Positions 26,576-40,781 of a stretch of DNA of 64,000 nucleotides are shown piece by piece. The position numbers and the translations under genes are program-made. Each line of letters opens with the position of its first letter. The stretch's first letter is position 1. The DNA is from Eledone cirrhosa (taxonomy: Eukaryota): NCBI GenBank assembly GCA_964016885.1, contig OZ024741.1, positions 109,430,001 to 109,494,000 of the forward strand, in the 5' to 3' direction. The notes below the pieces were generated by a model. The model did no database searches and was not told the DNA's origin. It saw nothing but the letters and a program-made list of their open reading frames with translations.

Positions 26576-26580
<5 letters not shown>
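26150..26580. mobile_element. Family B-related fold-back palindrome (about 390 bp) with HHR-like motif TTT TTGAAAA GCAT..ATGC GCAA CCGG TA AAA (26383-26418)
   Basis: Near-perfect arms centred at about 26345, with (TA)n flanks. Confidence 0.8.
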
Positions 26581-26648
<68 letters not shown>

Positions 26649-26799
26649 TCAGTGAGAATCGTATTTCGGTGGGTAGAAAAAGCGAAACGAAACGCAAAAA
26701 TCAGGATTATGCTGGCAAGCGCTCCATAGATAAAAACCAGAGCTAAACAATATGCTAAAACGCCATACAAAACTGAAAAAGTGGTCAAGAAAGATTAAT

Positions 26800-26975
26800 T
26801 AAATAACAGATTAATTAAATAACAGATTAAAGTTTAAGCAAAAAATCGGTGCTTTCACCCTTAACGGGATCTTCTGAAACTTTGTTTAATCTGTTATTTT
26901 AATAAATATTTGCTCTAGTCGTTATCGAACCCTCTTTGGATTTTAGTCTTCACATTTATTGTTATTATTACTATA
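26800..26975. mobile_element. Naiad pLTR fold-back fragment with HHR (26832-26880 on -)
   Basis: Matches the 16813-16861 HHR. The downstream pLTR part is inverted. Confidence 0.75.
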
Positions 26976-27085
26976 TATAAAGGCAAGGTTAACTTTGCCT
27001 TCCATCCTTACGGGGTCGATAAAATAAAGTACCAGTAATACACTGGATTAATTGCTGGCCTTGTACCAAAAGTAGAAACAATTAT

Positions 27086-27155
<70 letters not shown>

Positions 27156-27429
27156 GGGATAACAAGTTATAGAGGTAGTCCAGTTAGAGTACTCCGTGTT
27201 GTGGATGGTTTTAACGTATGGCTTAGTTTGACTCAACAAGACGCTTCCATAGTGTTGCAGCGAGTTCGCGGGATTTCTATGTAGGATATACTTGGAATAA
27301 TAATAATTCAAGAAAGAAGAGTAACATGGTTGGCTGTACAATAAGGGCTTTATTCACAGTGCTGACAATTGTTTCGTTGATCTGGTAGGTCTAGAGCTCG
27401 GTAATCTCTTGATGTTGCGTCAATCGTAC

Positions 27430-27494
<65 letters not shown>

Positions 27495-27497
<3 letters not shown>

Positions 27498-28125
27498 TCC
27501 AGAAACTAATTAGTTGGAAGTGATATTTTAGTAAGTAAGTCAATTTTATAATTTTTTTATAATTTTATAATTTTCTTATCTTACGTCTCTCATATTATTG
27601 TTCTGCAACCCCATGCATTGAACCACAATGTTACTAAGACAAAACCTATATATTTGCTAGCATTGATATGCATCTGTATGTATATAAATGTTACTAGATA
27701 TAAATTCTTTATAATTATCTCCAATTCATTTGTCGAGCAATATTGGCCATGACTGCTGCTATAGTAGTAGGCAGGCCGCTGTCTTATTAACAACTCGCTT
27801 TCCACTGATTGACCTCGATGTCACGTGATTGATTTTTTTGAATTTGCCACAGACGTAGAGGCAGTGATTTTCTCAATGGCTAGGATTTCAGTCCACGCTT
27901 CACTATTTCCTTTCCACTTAATTATTTTTTAATAAGTTTCCAGAGTCATCGCTATGCCTGGAAACTTACATGAAAATAGACTTTCCTGACGACGGAATGC
28001 TTTTCCATATATTATTCGGAAAATATATTTACTCCATTCCAGAAACTAATTAGTTGGAAGTGATATTTTAGTAAGTAAGTCAATTTTATAATTTTTTTAT
28101 AATTCTATAATTTTCTTATCTTACG

Positions 28126-28132
<7 letters not shown>
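27495..28132. repeat. About 1.2 tandem copies of a 540-bp TA-flanked unit
   Basis: A direct repeat of about 97 bp (CATTCCAGAAACTAATTAGTTGG...ACGTCTCTCATAT) at 27495 and 28035. Confidence 0.75.
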
Positions 28133-28204
<72 letters not shown>

Positions 28205-29430
28205 GGAGGTGAGTTTTATTGTAGTACAATAAAGCAATGCAGATATCGGATAAGAAGCACTCTACAGTTTGTAGGACTGGAGTATACATAATATATAAGA
28301 TCAAATGGATGGTTAAAGGAGTTCCATGTATTTTATTATGCGCATTTCAAAAACAAACATCATCATGCAATAATATTTGTGTTTTCATCAGATAAAACAG
28401 GAGGACATGATATGAAGGCTAAAAAACACTTGTGGAAAGTGCAGTTTTAAATCAACATATGAAAAGTAGTTTTAGATTGATGTGTGATATTGGGAAAAAT
28501 ATTTTATTTAGAGAGGGGGAGGGGTGGAAAGGATGAAAAAAAGGGGAGGAGATGAGAGTGAAGGTGGAGAGGGAGAGATGGGTGATAGAGAGAAAGAGAT
28601 AGTTTTTATAACTGAGAAAAGATATATTGTTTTACATAGAGAGGTTGAAAACCGTTGGAAGATAATGTATAAATTAAAAGAATTTGAAAATTAACGAAGG
28701 GAAAAATATGTACGAGGAAAGAGAGGGAGTTGATATGTATTGAGATTAAAAAGTTTGAAGATAGAGAGAAAAAATAATAATTGCGGATGAATATTCTAAC
28801 GTCAAAAAAAATTGTATGTTTATAAGTATTATGGCAATTTCAAAATTAACGAAGAGAAAAAAATTATTAAGGTTTATGTATTGAAGGATTTGAGAAAAAT
28901 AATGTGAAGTTAAGGTTTGTATATTGAAGGAATTGATAATATGTGCGAAGAAAGAGTTAATATGTATTAAAAAATTGTTAAGGTTTGTGTATTGAAGGAT
29001 TTGAGAAAGATAATGTGAAGTTAAGGTTTGTATATTGAAGGAATTGATAATATGTGCGAAGAAAGAGTTAATATGTATTAAGAATGAGTTAGATGATGGG
29101 GAGAAAAAAATAATAAGTTAAGGATGAATATTCTAGCGTCAAAAGAATGTGTACGAAGAAGGAGAGGAAGTTAATGTATTGAGATTAAAAAGTTTGATGA
29201 TGGAGAGAAAAAATAATAATAATTGCGGATGAATATTCTAACGTCAAAAAAACAAATGTATATGTTATGAAGGATTTTACAAGGTGAAGATAGAATGAGG
29301 GTAATGAGTAAACAAGTATTATAGAGTGTATAATACCCTTTGAAGTAAGGTAGGAAGATGGGTATATTTTAAAGAGGTATATGTATATGTGCCTTTGAGA
29401 AAAGATTCTAAATTGATAAAGAATTGAATA

Positions 29431-30644
29431 TTAGCTGTATACTTTGTGAAAAGTCCTATGGAATTTATGCAAGCAGATAGAAAACAAATCTGTACGTCTA
29501 TTTATTATAGAATCTAGATTAGAGATAATGGTAAATTTTTCATTTAGGCAGAGATTACAGATTTTAGATAGAGAGCTGTTCAAGTATGAGGACGCAGAAG
29601 AAACCTTCTTCCAAAAGATGGTATATTTAATGTTTTTGTCTTTCAAGGACCATATGAGTTCTGAGAGAGCCGTGTTGGTTCTTTTAAGTTTGTATTTAAA
29701 AGATGAATGATGATTATAGAGACGAGCTTTAAAAGAGGTGGAAGTGGAGCCAAAATAGGTGAAGGAATTGGTGCTAGTTATAACTTTACATTCATAAATT
29801 AAGTTTTTATCAAGACAATGGTTGTTGAGAGGACATTTATTTTTAATGCGGCAGTTGCAATTAGAGAGATTATTAATGAGTGACCTAGTGTTATCTATAG
29901 AAGGAATTGGATTGGAGAAGTTGTTTGCGATAGGAATAATAGGAATAATAGTTTCTTGATTTAGAGTTGGATTATGAACATTTAGCGAAGTTGTGTTTGA
30001 CGTTGTATTTGGGTTTACAGAAGTTAGCCTAGGGTTTACAATGACGTCGGGAGTACTATTACTGTTATTATGAAATTCAATGTTGGAAGGAAGAGATTTA
30101 GTATTTAGTATTTTATTGTTGTGTTTAGAGATAATGTTGGAAATATTGGAGGATGTAGAATAAGAAAATTTTATGGTGTGTTTGTTAAATATTTTACTAT
30201 AGATATGTGAGGGAGGGAAGCATTTATTTAAGGCACTAAAAATAATTTAGGAATATTGTTATTAATAGAGATGGAGAAAGGAGCATTATACCAGATTATG
30301 TTTTTGTATCTAGGTCTTTTATTAAAGTTATTGGAATGATCATGATTAATTATTCTACTGTAAGTTTTTCTAGAATTTGTTTCTTTACTATATTTGATTT
30401 TATCAGGATAACCGGCTTTAGAAAGTGCGTTATTATAGTAATTGGCGTTAGCATCAAATATGTTTTTATTAGAAGATATGTTAGATATTCTTTTTCCAAT
30501 ATTACTAACTATAGCATTCTTGATATTGGTAGGATGGTTAGATTTAAAGTTAACATAATTTAGGTTCTCATTGTTTTTATGGTAAGGGTAATATAGGCCA
30601 GTGTCAAGATTAAGAGATACATTTGTCAAGATTAAGAGATACAT
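29431..30644 (-). pseudogene. PLE RT thumb plus GIY-YIG, disrupted
   Basis: YYPYHK..LNYV..SNHP, IIWYNAPF, CNCRIKNKCPLNNHC, YFGSTS..FKAR and CNLCLNEK are paralogous to the 709-aa ORF. Confidence 0.85.
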
Positions 30645-31604
30645 TTGACGCTAGAATATTCATCCTTAACTTATTATTTTTTTCTCCCCATCATCTAACT
30701 CATTCTTAATACATATTAACTCTTTCTTCGCACATATTATCAATTCCTTCAATATACAAACCTTAACTTCACACTATCTTTCTCAAATCCTTCAATACAC
30801 AAACCTTAACAATTTTTTAATACATATTAACTCTTTCTTCGCACATATTATCAATTCCTTCAATATACAAACCTTAACTTCACATTATTTTTCTCAAATC
30901 CTTCAATACATAAACCTTAATAATTTTTTTCTCTTCGTTAATTTTGAAATTGCCATAATACTTATAAACATACAATTTTTTTTGACGTTAGAATATTCAT
31001 CCGCAATTATTATTTTTTCTCTCTATCTTCAAACTTTTTAATCTCAATACATATCAACTCCCTCTCTTTCCTCGTACATATTTTTCCCTTCGTTAATTTT
31101 CAAATTCTTTTAATTTATACATTATCTTCCAACGGTTTTCAACCTCTCTATGTAAAACAATATATCTTTTCTCAGTTATAAAAACTATCTCTTTCTCTTT
31201 ATCACCCATCTCTCCCTCTCCACCTTCACTCTCATCTCCTCCCCTTTTTTCATCCTTTCCACCCCCCCCCCTCTCTAAATAAAATATTTTTTCCTCGTAC
31301 ATATTTTTCCCTTCGTTAATTTTCAAATTCTTTTAATTTATACATTATCTTCCAACGGTTTTCAACCTCTCTATGTAAAACAATATATTTTCTCTCAGTT
31401 ATAAAAACTATCTCTTTCTCTCTATCACCCATCTCTCCCTCTCCACCTTCACTCTCATCTCCTCCCCTTTTTTTTCATCCCCCCCCCCTCTCTAAATAAA
31501 ATATTTTTCCCAATATCACACATCAATCTAAAACTACTTTTCATATGTTGATTTAAAACTGCACTATCCACAAGTGATTTTAGCCTTCATATCATGTCCT
31601 CCTG

Positions 31605-31671
31605 TTTTATCTGATGAAAACACAAATATTATTGCATGATGATGTTTGTTTTTGAAATGCGCATAATAAAA
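31605..31671 (+). ncRNA. Type I hammerhead ribozyme (mirror copy 28331-28397 on -)
   Basis: TTTTAT CTGATGA AAACA...TGTTTTT GAAA TGCGCA TA ATAAAA. Confidence 0.8.
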
Positions 31672-31703
31672 TACATGGAACTCCTTTAACCATCTGTTGA
31701 TCT

Positions 31704-31750
<47 letters not shown>

Positions 31751-32016
31751 GGAGGTGAGTTTTATTGTACAATTTTTGAAATGCGCATAATAAAATACAT
31801 GGAACTCATTTAACCATCTTTTGATCTTATATATTATATTTATATATATATATATATATTTGTACACTCTTTTACTCACTCTCTCTCTATATATATATAT
31901 ATCTATATATATATATATATATAACAAAGGAATTGTGGTAAGGAACCAGATGGACCATAACGCACCAGAGTACTCAATACTTAGGGTAGTAGAGTGGGAA
32001 ATAGGAAAAACTATGA

Positions 32017-32110
32017 CCCCGACGGCAGAGCTCAAGCAGTTTCGACGGCTATTTCTGGACTAAATTAGAATTTTTAGCCTGGTGAATAAATAGCCGAACT
32101 TGTCAAGGGG
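32017..32110 (-). ncRNA. Complete family A type I HHR with a U3-A8 core and a long stem II
   Basis: The reverse strand reads CCCC TTGACAA gttCGGCTATTT...AAATAGCCGtc GAAA CtGC ttgagctct GCCG TC GGGG. Confidence 0.75.
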
Positions 32111-32544
32111 GTACTTCCTTATATGGGAAGTTTGTAGTTGTCAAGAGGATTGGTTAAAATTTGTTGTAAACACAAATAAGTCTATCATGGCATTTGGTGG
32201 GAGGTAAGGGTGGCTGAAATTGTGAGTGGAGCGGTCAAGCGTTGAAAGTGATATGTATACAGCAGATTCTAAGGATAGTGTATGAAGAGGAGGAGGGAGG
32301 TTATAGAATAGGTAAATCGAATGAGAGTAGGAGACAATAAAAGATAATAGAAATAAATAAAAAAATATATATAAAATTAGATAGTGAGAAATGAATAAAA
32401 AAAATCACAATGCATTCTTACAATTAGAGGTTAATAAGTTGAGAATAGAAAAAACTTGTAGAAATTGAGTAGTATGTGTATGTATATGGATGCGTGCATG
32501 TATATATTTAATTATTGTTGATTTCAATAACCTCTGTAATTTAT

Positions 32545-32925
32545 GATCTGAGTTCAAATCCCGCCGAGGTTATCTTTGTCTTTCATCTTTACGGGGTCGA
32601 TAAAATAAAGTACCAGTCACGCACTGGGGTCAATTTCATCGACCCCCCCCCCCCCCAAAAAAAAAAAAATTGCTGGCATTGTGCCTAAAGAAGAAACCAT
32701 TATTTTTAACTCTGAAGTTAAAGGGCGGTGGATTGGCAGTATCGGTAGAGGGTCGGACGCCATGCTTTGACGTATAGAGTTACGGCCCTTGCCATTCTGA
32801 GTTCAAATCCCGCCGAGGTTAACTTTGCCTTTCATCCTTACGGGGTCGATAAAATAAAGTACCAGTAATGCACTGGGTAATTGCTGGCCTTGTGCCAAAA
32901 GTAGAAACAATTATTTTTAACTCTG
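32545..32925 (+). mobile_element. Two adjacent tRNA-derived SINEs (32722-32925 nearly full length)
   Basis: GGCGGTGGATTGGCAGTATCGGTAGAG...TTCTGAGTTCAAATCCCGCCGAGGTTAACTTTGCCTTTCATCCTTACGGGGTCGATAAAATAAAGTACCAG. Confidence 0.85.
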
Positions 32926-32954
32926 AAGTCGAGAATCATTCGGTTTCATAAATA

Positions 32955-33376
32955 AAACTTTAGTCTACGACTTCATTTATACCATAAACGTGTTTTTGTC
33001 TTTCCGTGTAATTGTTCTCAACGCTCCACATAATGACGTATTATCTTCGTTTTTTCGGTTCATTGCCAGGGAACGTCTCCACGAACCACGTAAATAGAAT
33101 ATTAGTCTACGACTTCATTTATACCATAAACGTGGTTTTGTCTTTGCATGTAATTGTTCTCACGCACCACATAATGACGTATTATCTTCGTTTTTTTCCG
33201 TTCTTTGCCAGGGAACGTCTCCAGGAAACATAGTATCGTCTTCCTGTCTTCCTTCGGTTGCAATGTTTTTTCGAAATATTTACTTCTGCGTTCACAGATT
33301 GATTTTTTTTAGTTTCAGAAGATCCCGTTAAGGGTGAAAGCAGCGATTCTTTGCTTAAACTTTAGTCTGTTATTTT

Positions 33377-33380
<4 letters not shown>
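32955..33380 (+). mobile_element. Solo pLTR of the Naiad-type PLE with HHR (33312-33360)
   Basis: Diverged reverse complement of about 16795-17210. The HHR is unchanged. Confidence 0.85.
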
Positions 33381-33464
<84 letters not shown>

Positions 33465-33821
33465 AAAGTTTTATTTAAAATTGTTAATATGGTATCCCTG
33501 AAAGATGTATAATGAAATAAATATGGTTTTATAAATATAGTTTCCATTTGTTTAATATCGTATATATATATATATATATATATATAAGTATATATTACAC
33601 AAAGAGAAATGTGTTACACGGTGAGAAGTGTGTAAAGAATTATTACAAGTGATTTTACCGTTACTGTATAGGAAACAATATCTACAGGTAAGCAATTAAA
33701 TAGAAAAAAACCAGATGAGAATCAAATCTCTGGATTGGAATTTTAAATCACAAACCTTATAACTATATTTTTTGCTGATACGAACCTAGTTTTTCGTTTC
33801 ACCACATATATGTGTCACCAC

Positions 33822-33984
<163 letters not shown>

Positions 33985-34169
33985 TATCGACGGAAAAATA
34001 AGTATAACAGGCTGCTATGAAGAATTCTCTTAATCCAAACAAGACCTCCACTGACTATCAGCTGTGACCTAAGTGGCCAAGTTTTCTTGTCAACCATGTG
34101 AGGCGGTGTATGGATGAGCAAATTTAAAAGAAGACATACGGTCATAATATATACTATCATATATATACA

Positions 34170-34352
34170 TAATTGTTTCTACTTTTGGCAGAAGGCCAGC
34201 AATTACCCAGTACATTACTGGTACTTTATTTTATCGACCCCGTAAGAATGAAAAGCAAAGTTAACTTCGACGGCATTTTAACTCAGACCGTAAAGGGACG
34301 TAACTTTGCTGAAAAGCATGGCGCCCGAACCTCTACTGATACTGCCAATTCA
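34170..34352 (-). mobile_element. tRNA-derived SINE (main family)
   Basis: CTGGTACTTTATTTTATCGACCCCGTAAG...TACTGCCAAT. Confidence 0.8.
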
Positions 34353-34772
34353 CCGGTGATATATCAGGTCTATCTATATATTTAGTAGTAGAGATATAAT
34401 TGCCATCTAATCAAATTCCCAGCTGTCTTCTCTTTGTTTCTGCTTTATTCTTCTTACAAATTGTTCTACTTTGTGCCATGAATTCTAGTAAAGTTTTTCT
34501 CTCGGGAAAATCAATATCAGTCAACTACTTGCCTCAATATAATCGAATGTTCCTATGTCGAGAATGCGTAGCCTTCCATCTAAATTCGAAATCCTGGGAG
34601 TAGACCTTCGGTATTTGGGGCACATAGGTAAATCTAGTCCTTTCTATTTTTATTATTTTGTTTTTTTTTGTTGTTGCTTTCAATATTCGATCTAACTCAA
34701 ACCATTTTGTATTTTGTCCTTGTGATTTCCCCTTCCCACTGGAGTAATATATGAGTGTAGCATCTAGTAGTG

Positions 34773-34903
<131 letters not shown>

Positions 34904-35696
34904 AATAAAGATTCAGGGAGAATCGCATTTTCGGCGGGCAGGAAAAGCGAAGCGAAACGCAAAAATCAGAATTGATACTGGCAAAGTGCTCAATAGTTAA
35001 AAACCAGAACTAGAAAATGTGTTAAGAACCCATACAAAACTAAAAAGGAGGTCAAGGAAACACTAACCACCGAAGCCAAAAACCAAATCAAGCTAAATAG
35101 GTCAAAACAAAATAAATGATAAAAAATAAGTGATAACCAGACCTGGACTCCCGGAATTGTTGTTAAAATCCGATTTAGAGTTTCTGTGACACCTAAATCA
35201 AAATACAGTCTGCTTAAAAATATATGCTTTGTGTATAACGATCGAACAAAGAATATCACGTTATCAACAGGTATTTCGCTCTTTACCAAATAAGTGAATG
35301 ACACAGTGGTAAGTTAAACAACGTGTGGAAATCACAGGGAATAACCCCAGATTTTGGCAAAGTAATTCATTGGTGTAAATCATGCTAAAAATAGCATAAA
35401 TAGCACAAATCGAATAAGTTCTCAACCGAGTAGTTTAAAATAAACTTATACAATTAACCTGTCAATAGAAATTATTAACAAGTTAATTGTAAAACACGGG
35501 AGATTAATACAAATAAAGATTCAGCGAGAATCGCATTTTCGGCGGGCAGGAAAAGCGAAGTGAAACGCAAAAATCAGAAATGATACTGGCAAAGTGCTCA
35601 ATAGTTAAAAACCAGATATATAAAATTGAAAGAGCGAAGAATAACATGGTCATCAGTACAAACAAGGAAATTGATTTACAGTCTAACAATTGTTTA

Positions 35697-35740
<44 letters not shown>

Positions 35741-36396
35741 GGTATAGAAAACATTGTAGCAAAAAGCCAACAGTATTCCATAATATATAAGTGACTATAG
35801 CGTCAAAATGGGAAAAATAGTTAACGTAAGATGTGGGAAAAATAATTCAAACTCATCTCAAAGAGAATCATGATATAGATTCATCCACATAATTTAGTGA
35901 AAACCTGGAAAAATCAATAGAGCCTTAACTCATGATAAAATAAAGTTTAAAATACTCATCCTTCAATTTGGAAAAACTTCAAATGCTCTGCATAGTCTTA
36001 AAGACTATTTCACGAAAACTTTCAGTGGAGATGGTCACGGTTGGAATTCGATCCTCAGCAGAGCTCAACTCGATAACCAAAATTCTCACAGATTAATATG
36101 CCAAAAAGGGAATTTAAAACAGGCTAGTTCACCATCATGCGTGATTATGAAAAATAAAACGCACATGAGGAAAGACAGGGCTGGTGACGTCAGAATGAGA
36201 CGAATGTTTGTTTACAAGAAACAACAGTCAAAAAACATTCCGAAAAAAAACTCTACAATAAGGAGTTCAGCAAAAAGCAATATTATCGCGGTTTTTTTAT
36301 AAAAAAAATACCGGGATTAGTCACAAATAATTTAAGCACTCTAGGAAAGAAATCCGAGTATAAATATATAAATGAAAGGTATAGAAAACATTGTAG

Positions 36397-36487
<91 letters not shown>

Positions 36488-36613
36488 AAAGGTAATCTGA
36501 GTTTTTCGAATATTAATAATAACATTCGATTCGTTTGCAATTATGCAAACTAGCCTCATTTTTATAGCCATATATATATATATGCGTGTGTGTGTGTGTG
36601 TGTGTGTCTGTGT

Positions 36614-36681
<68 letters not shown>

Positions 36682-37222
36682 GTGTGTGTATTGTATATAT
36701 GTGCCTCATGCTTACTGTACTCTATGTAATCTGTGTGCTTATCAAGTAGTGATATACTGTTGCGTGGTGTCTAAGTTCTAGTGTACCCGGTGTAATACCT
36801 GTGCGGTCACTAGAAAATATCTTTTCTGTTATTAGATACGTTTAATACTATTAATATTATTGTTCGTATTATTATTATTGAATCGGTTATCATTACATGC
36901 CATCTGCCTATATGTTTTTGATTGTTGTCGGAAGTTGGATAATAAGATAGGATTGTGTGTGTGGTGGTTAGTGTGGTGAATAATCGGTGGCTGGTGTGAT
37001 ATAGTGTATATTGTATATGTGTAAACGTGTGTTGGTGATGTTGGGTAGGTAGTGTTGTTAGTTATATTTGCCGATCTATAATGATCGGTTCCAAGATGGC
37101 AGCCATTACGGATTAACATTGATGAGATATGAGATATGCTTCAGCTGTATTTTAATAAGTTTTATGGGTTCCACCAGGTTAAACTCGTTATCGACCGGTT
37201 CCAATTCTCCTCCAGCCTACTA

Positions 37223-37321
<99 letters not shown>

Positions 37322-37373
37322 GCCCCCCTCTCTCTCTCTCTCTCTCTCACTCTCACTCTCTCTCTCTCTCACA

Positions 37374-37405
<32 letters not shown>

Positions 37406-38439
37406 GTTAGTACATTTAAGAGTGCAAGTATGTGTGAGGGATTGTGTAGGTATGTATATATGTTTCTATGAAAGTAATGTTGTATATGCATCTATGAATG
37501 TCTGAATGTATGTATGCTTAAGTGTATTTGAGTATATATAATTATGTATTTATTACATGCACGTATGGATATGTATGACAACATGACTATGTGGTTAATA
37601 ATTACACTTCTAAACTACATGATCTCGGGTTCATCCCTACTGTATTGTATTCTTGGTAGATGAAAACGGTGCAGAAATCCCTCAGATAGATTACAAATTA
37701 TTAGTTCTTAAACTTAATCACTGATATAGTTAAGCACATGTTTACAAACATTCAAGTATGGCTACTGATCTAAGAAAAGCTTCCACCAAAGTTCCAGAAA
37801 ATAAGTTTAAATATATTTAAATATATACATATTAAGATTATACATATTACGGTTATTAAATTAAAAACATTAAATTAAAAGAAAAACATATAATATTTTA
37901 TATTTAGCAAATAATGTGTAAAATATCTTTAAAACATGAATTATCTTAAACATTTCTTTAACCTGATTGACACACCATATCAATACAAGGAAAGAGTTCT
38001 ACCGTGATAATGGCCCTTCAGACACAATGACGGATTGGCTTTACAAACAGAAGCACTTGTGTATTCATGAAGTGGACGATTCCTCATCGCTTCTTATTGG
38101 GGCGTTACCTGCTGTTAATTGGATGAGAAATTTCTCTTAAACGCACCTGTCTGTGCTGTAAAATAGCGTTTACATTTTTCATCAAACTACGATTCAGTTT
38201 CCAGTTGTAATGGTAAATGATGTGCAATTAAGTCTACCAATGTATCGACCGAAATGCATAAGCTATGTGTGAAAATGTCCGTTCCCTTAAGCCATATATA
38301 TGTCATGTCATTTGCATCTGCTATTATTATCTCTCATTTTATATACAAACGCATCAAGACGGTTTGCAATAAGTGGTCAATTTTATGCATATTTAGTTCC
38401 TTTCCTTTCTGGCACTTTAAGTGATTCGTTGTTACGAAG

Positions 38440-39017
38440 GCTATGATAGTTTTCAGGGATTTGAGAAGCCTGGACTTATGTTGGAATGGTTGTGGACCGG
38501 TTCAAAAGCCGTTTCCTGAACCTCGAAACAACCTGCAGATATCCTGACAAAAAACATACAACTCAGTTCGCGAACGATGTGTGGAACCTCAAAGATAACG
38601 ACACAACGTTCTCCATTAATTGGAGGACACGGGAAAGATCCCGCCCCTGCGTCAATGGGTTGAAATTATGCGGAGAATAACGGGGAGAAGTGGAATATAC
38701 TCTTACAACCGGCTTCTGGAAAATGCTACTTAAATATGCGCCTCCACTGTTCCGATCGTTGTCCCCACGAAGCAAAATTTATTCTAAAATGGTCTACATT
38801 TGTTTTGTTTTTTTATTATAGTAACTCCCTTTTCTCTTACATTATTTAAGGTATTTGTCTATTTATAGATAATTACGTGATTACCTACACTTAGAAATCT
38901 CCTATACATTTTCAATGCTCCACGGTGGGAAGTCATTTTTCTTTTTATCACAGGCTGAATGAGTTGAGGTAAACAACCCAACGAAATTTAAGTACCTAAA
39001 CATGTCACTGCTGTAAC

Positions 39018-39020
<3 letters not shown>
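38440..39020 (+). mobile_element. Third Naiad-type PLE 3' fragment: GIY-YIG remnant plus HHR-like motif (38952-38997)
   Basis: FKSRF..L..T.RYP...T.FA..VWNLKDN.T..SINW resembles the C-terminus of the 709-aa ORF. The motif reads AGG CTGAATGA GTTGaGG..CCCAAC GAAA tttaag TA CCT and is followed by (TA)n. Confidence 0.7.
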
Positions 39021-39093
<73 letters not shown>

Positions 39094-39224
39094 TCTCTGT
39101 CTTGTTCCCGTCTAAATTTGCACTATATATATATCGCGTTTGTGTGTGTATATGTGTATGTGTGTGTATTGATGTATATATATATATATATATATAGATA
39201 TCGATAGAGATATACATATGTATG

Positions 39225-39257
<33 letters not shown>

Positions 39258-39364
39258 GTATACGTATATATGCATATATATGCATATATATATATATATA
39301 TATACATATATGTATGTATATATATGTATATATGTATGTATATATATATATATATATATATACA

Positions 39365-39432
<68 letters not shown>

Positions 39433-39465
39433 TAAATATATATATATATTTATATACATATATAT

Positions 39466-39506
<41 letters not shown>

Positions 39507-39559
39507 TATGTATATATGTATATATATGTATATATATGTATGTGTGTATATATATATGC

Positions 39560-39650
<91 letters not shown>

Positions 39651-40457
39651 TGTGTATAAAATATATATGTGGATGTACAAATACACATATATACACATAT
39701 ACATATACGTATAGGCCTATCTAATGTATCAAACGCCATAAAGATCTCTTAGTCATCTTGTCTGCATTGGCGGAAAGATATAACGATAAACACACAGATT
39801 AACGTATTTCTTGTCATAAGTAGCGCTGATGGAGGGTGCATAATGGGAAGTGTTGGTGAAGAGGGGTGTAAGTAATAGTAATTGTGGTGGTATACGTTGT
39901 GATATTAGCGTGGTGGTAGTTAAGATGGTGGTGGTTGATGGTTATGATAGTGATGTCTAGTGAATGACTTTCTGATATGCCAGGTGGTAATATATTGGTG
40001 TTAGTGTTAGTGTTTAGGTTCCAGGCCAACCGTGCTTGTGTAGATCTATAATCGAAGATCTCAAGACATTTCACCCGTGACCACCTAGCACCGCCTTATC
40101 TAATGTATCCTTGAATCGTTCTTGTTGTTGTTAGTGGTAATAATGGATATATACAAATATAAATTTAGCGAGAATCGCATTTCGGCAGGTAGAAATTAGC
40201 GAAACGCAACTTCCATATTGTGCAGACAAGCGCTCCATGGATATGAAGAAGAAGATACCAGAGCTATAAACATAAGTTAAAATGGTCATACACGCTGGGA
40301 CGATGGTTAAGAAGCCATTAACCACCATAGCCAAAAAAGCGAACAAGCTAAACGGGTCAAACAAAATGAGATATGATTGAAATATATATATATATATATA
40401 TTTCGTTTCTGAATTTGTTTAGCAAGATTCTTTATCTGAAAACGTGTGTTGAAACCG

Positions 40458-40623
40458 ATATTGTTATACTTTGGGAGGGTCATGTTGCCAATAAGAAACA
40501 CACGCACCAGTTGCTTTCACTTCAATTTATTATAATAATTATATTATAATTTATTATAATAAATTGAAGTGAAAGCAACTGGTGCGTGTGTTTCTTATTG
40601 GCAACATGACCCTCCCAAAGTAT

Positions 40624-40632
<9 letters not shown>
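40458..40632. mobile_element. Fold-back element with perfect arms of about 78 bp
   Basis: TATTGTTATACTTTGGGAGGGTCATGTTGCCAATAAGAAACACACGCACCAGTTGCTTTCACTTCAATTTATTATAATA and its reverse complement, ending in (TA)n. Confidence 0.75.
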
Positions 40633-40662
<30 letters not shown>

Positions 40663-40734
40663 CCACTCTCAAGAGCGTGAAACTAATAAACCTTTGTTCG
40701 TACTGCCTCTCTGTTTTGTTGCCGTTCAATTTTT

Positions 40735-40781
<47 letters not shown>

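Larger units (their letters stand above)
28200..31705 (-). mobile_element. Second Naiad-type PLE, 5'-truncated, with an inverted pLTR of about 1 kb
   Basis: 30648-31705 is the reverse complement of about 28295-29140, with internal duplications. Disrupted ORF at 29431-30644. HHRs at both outer ends. Confidence 0.85.

Noticed and set aside
32722-32820. tRNA-like A/B boxes
   Set aside because: These are SINE heads with no complete cloverleaf, so they were not called as tRNA genes.
40458-40632. miRNA precursor or HHR in this hairpin
   Set aside because: The perfect arms, AT-rich loop and TA flank match the fold-back element class. No HHR core was found and there is no evidence for a miRNA.
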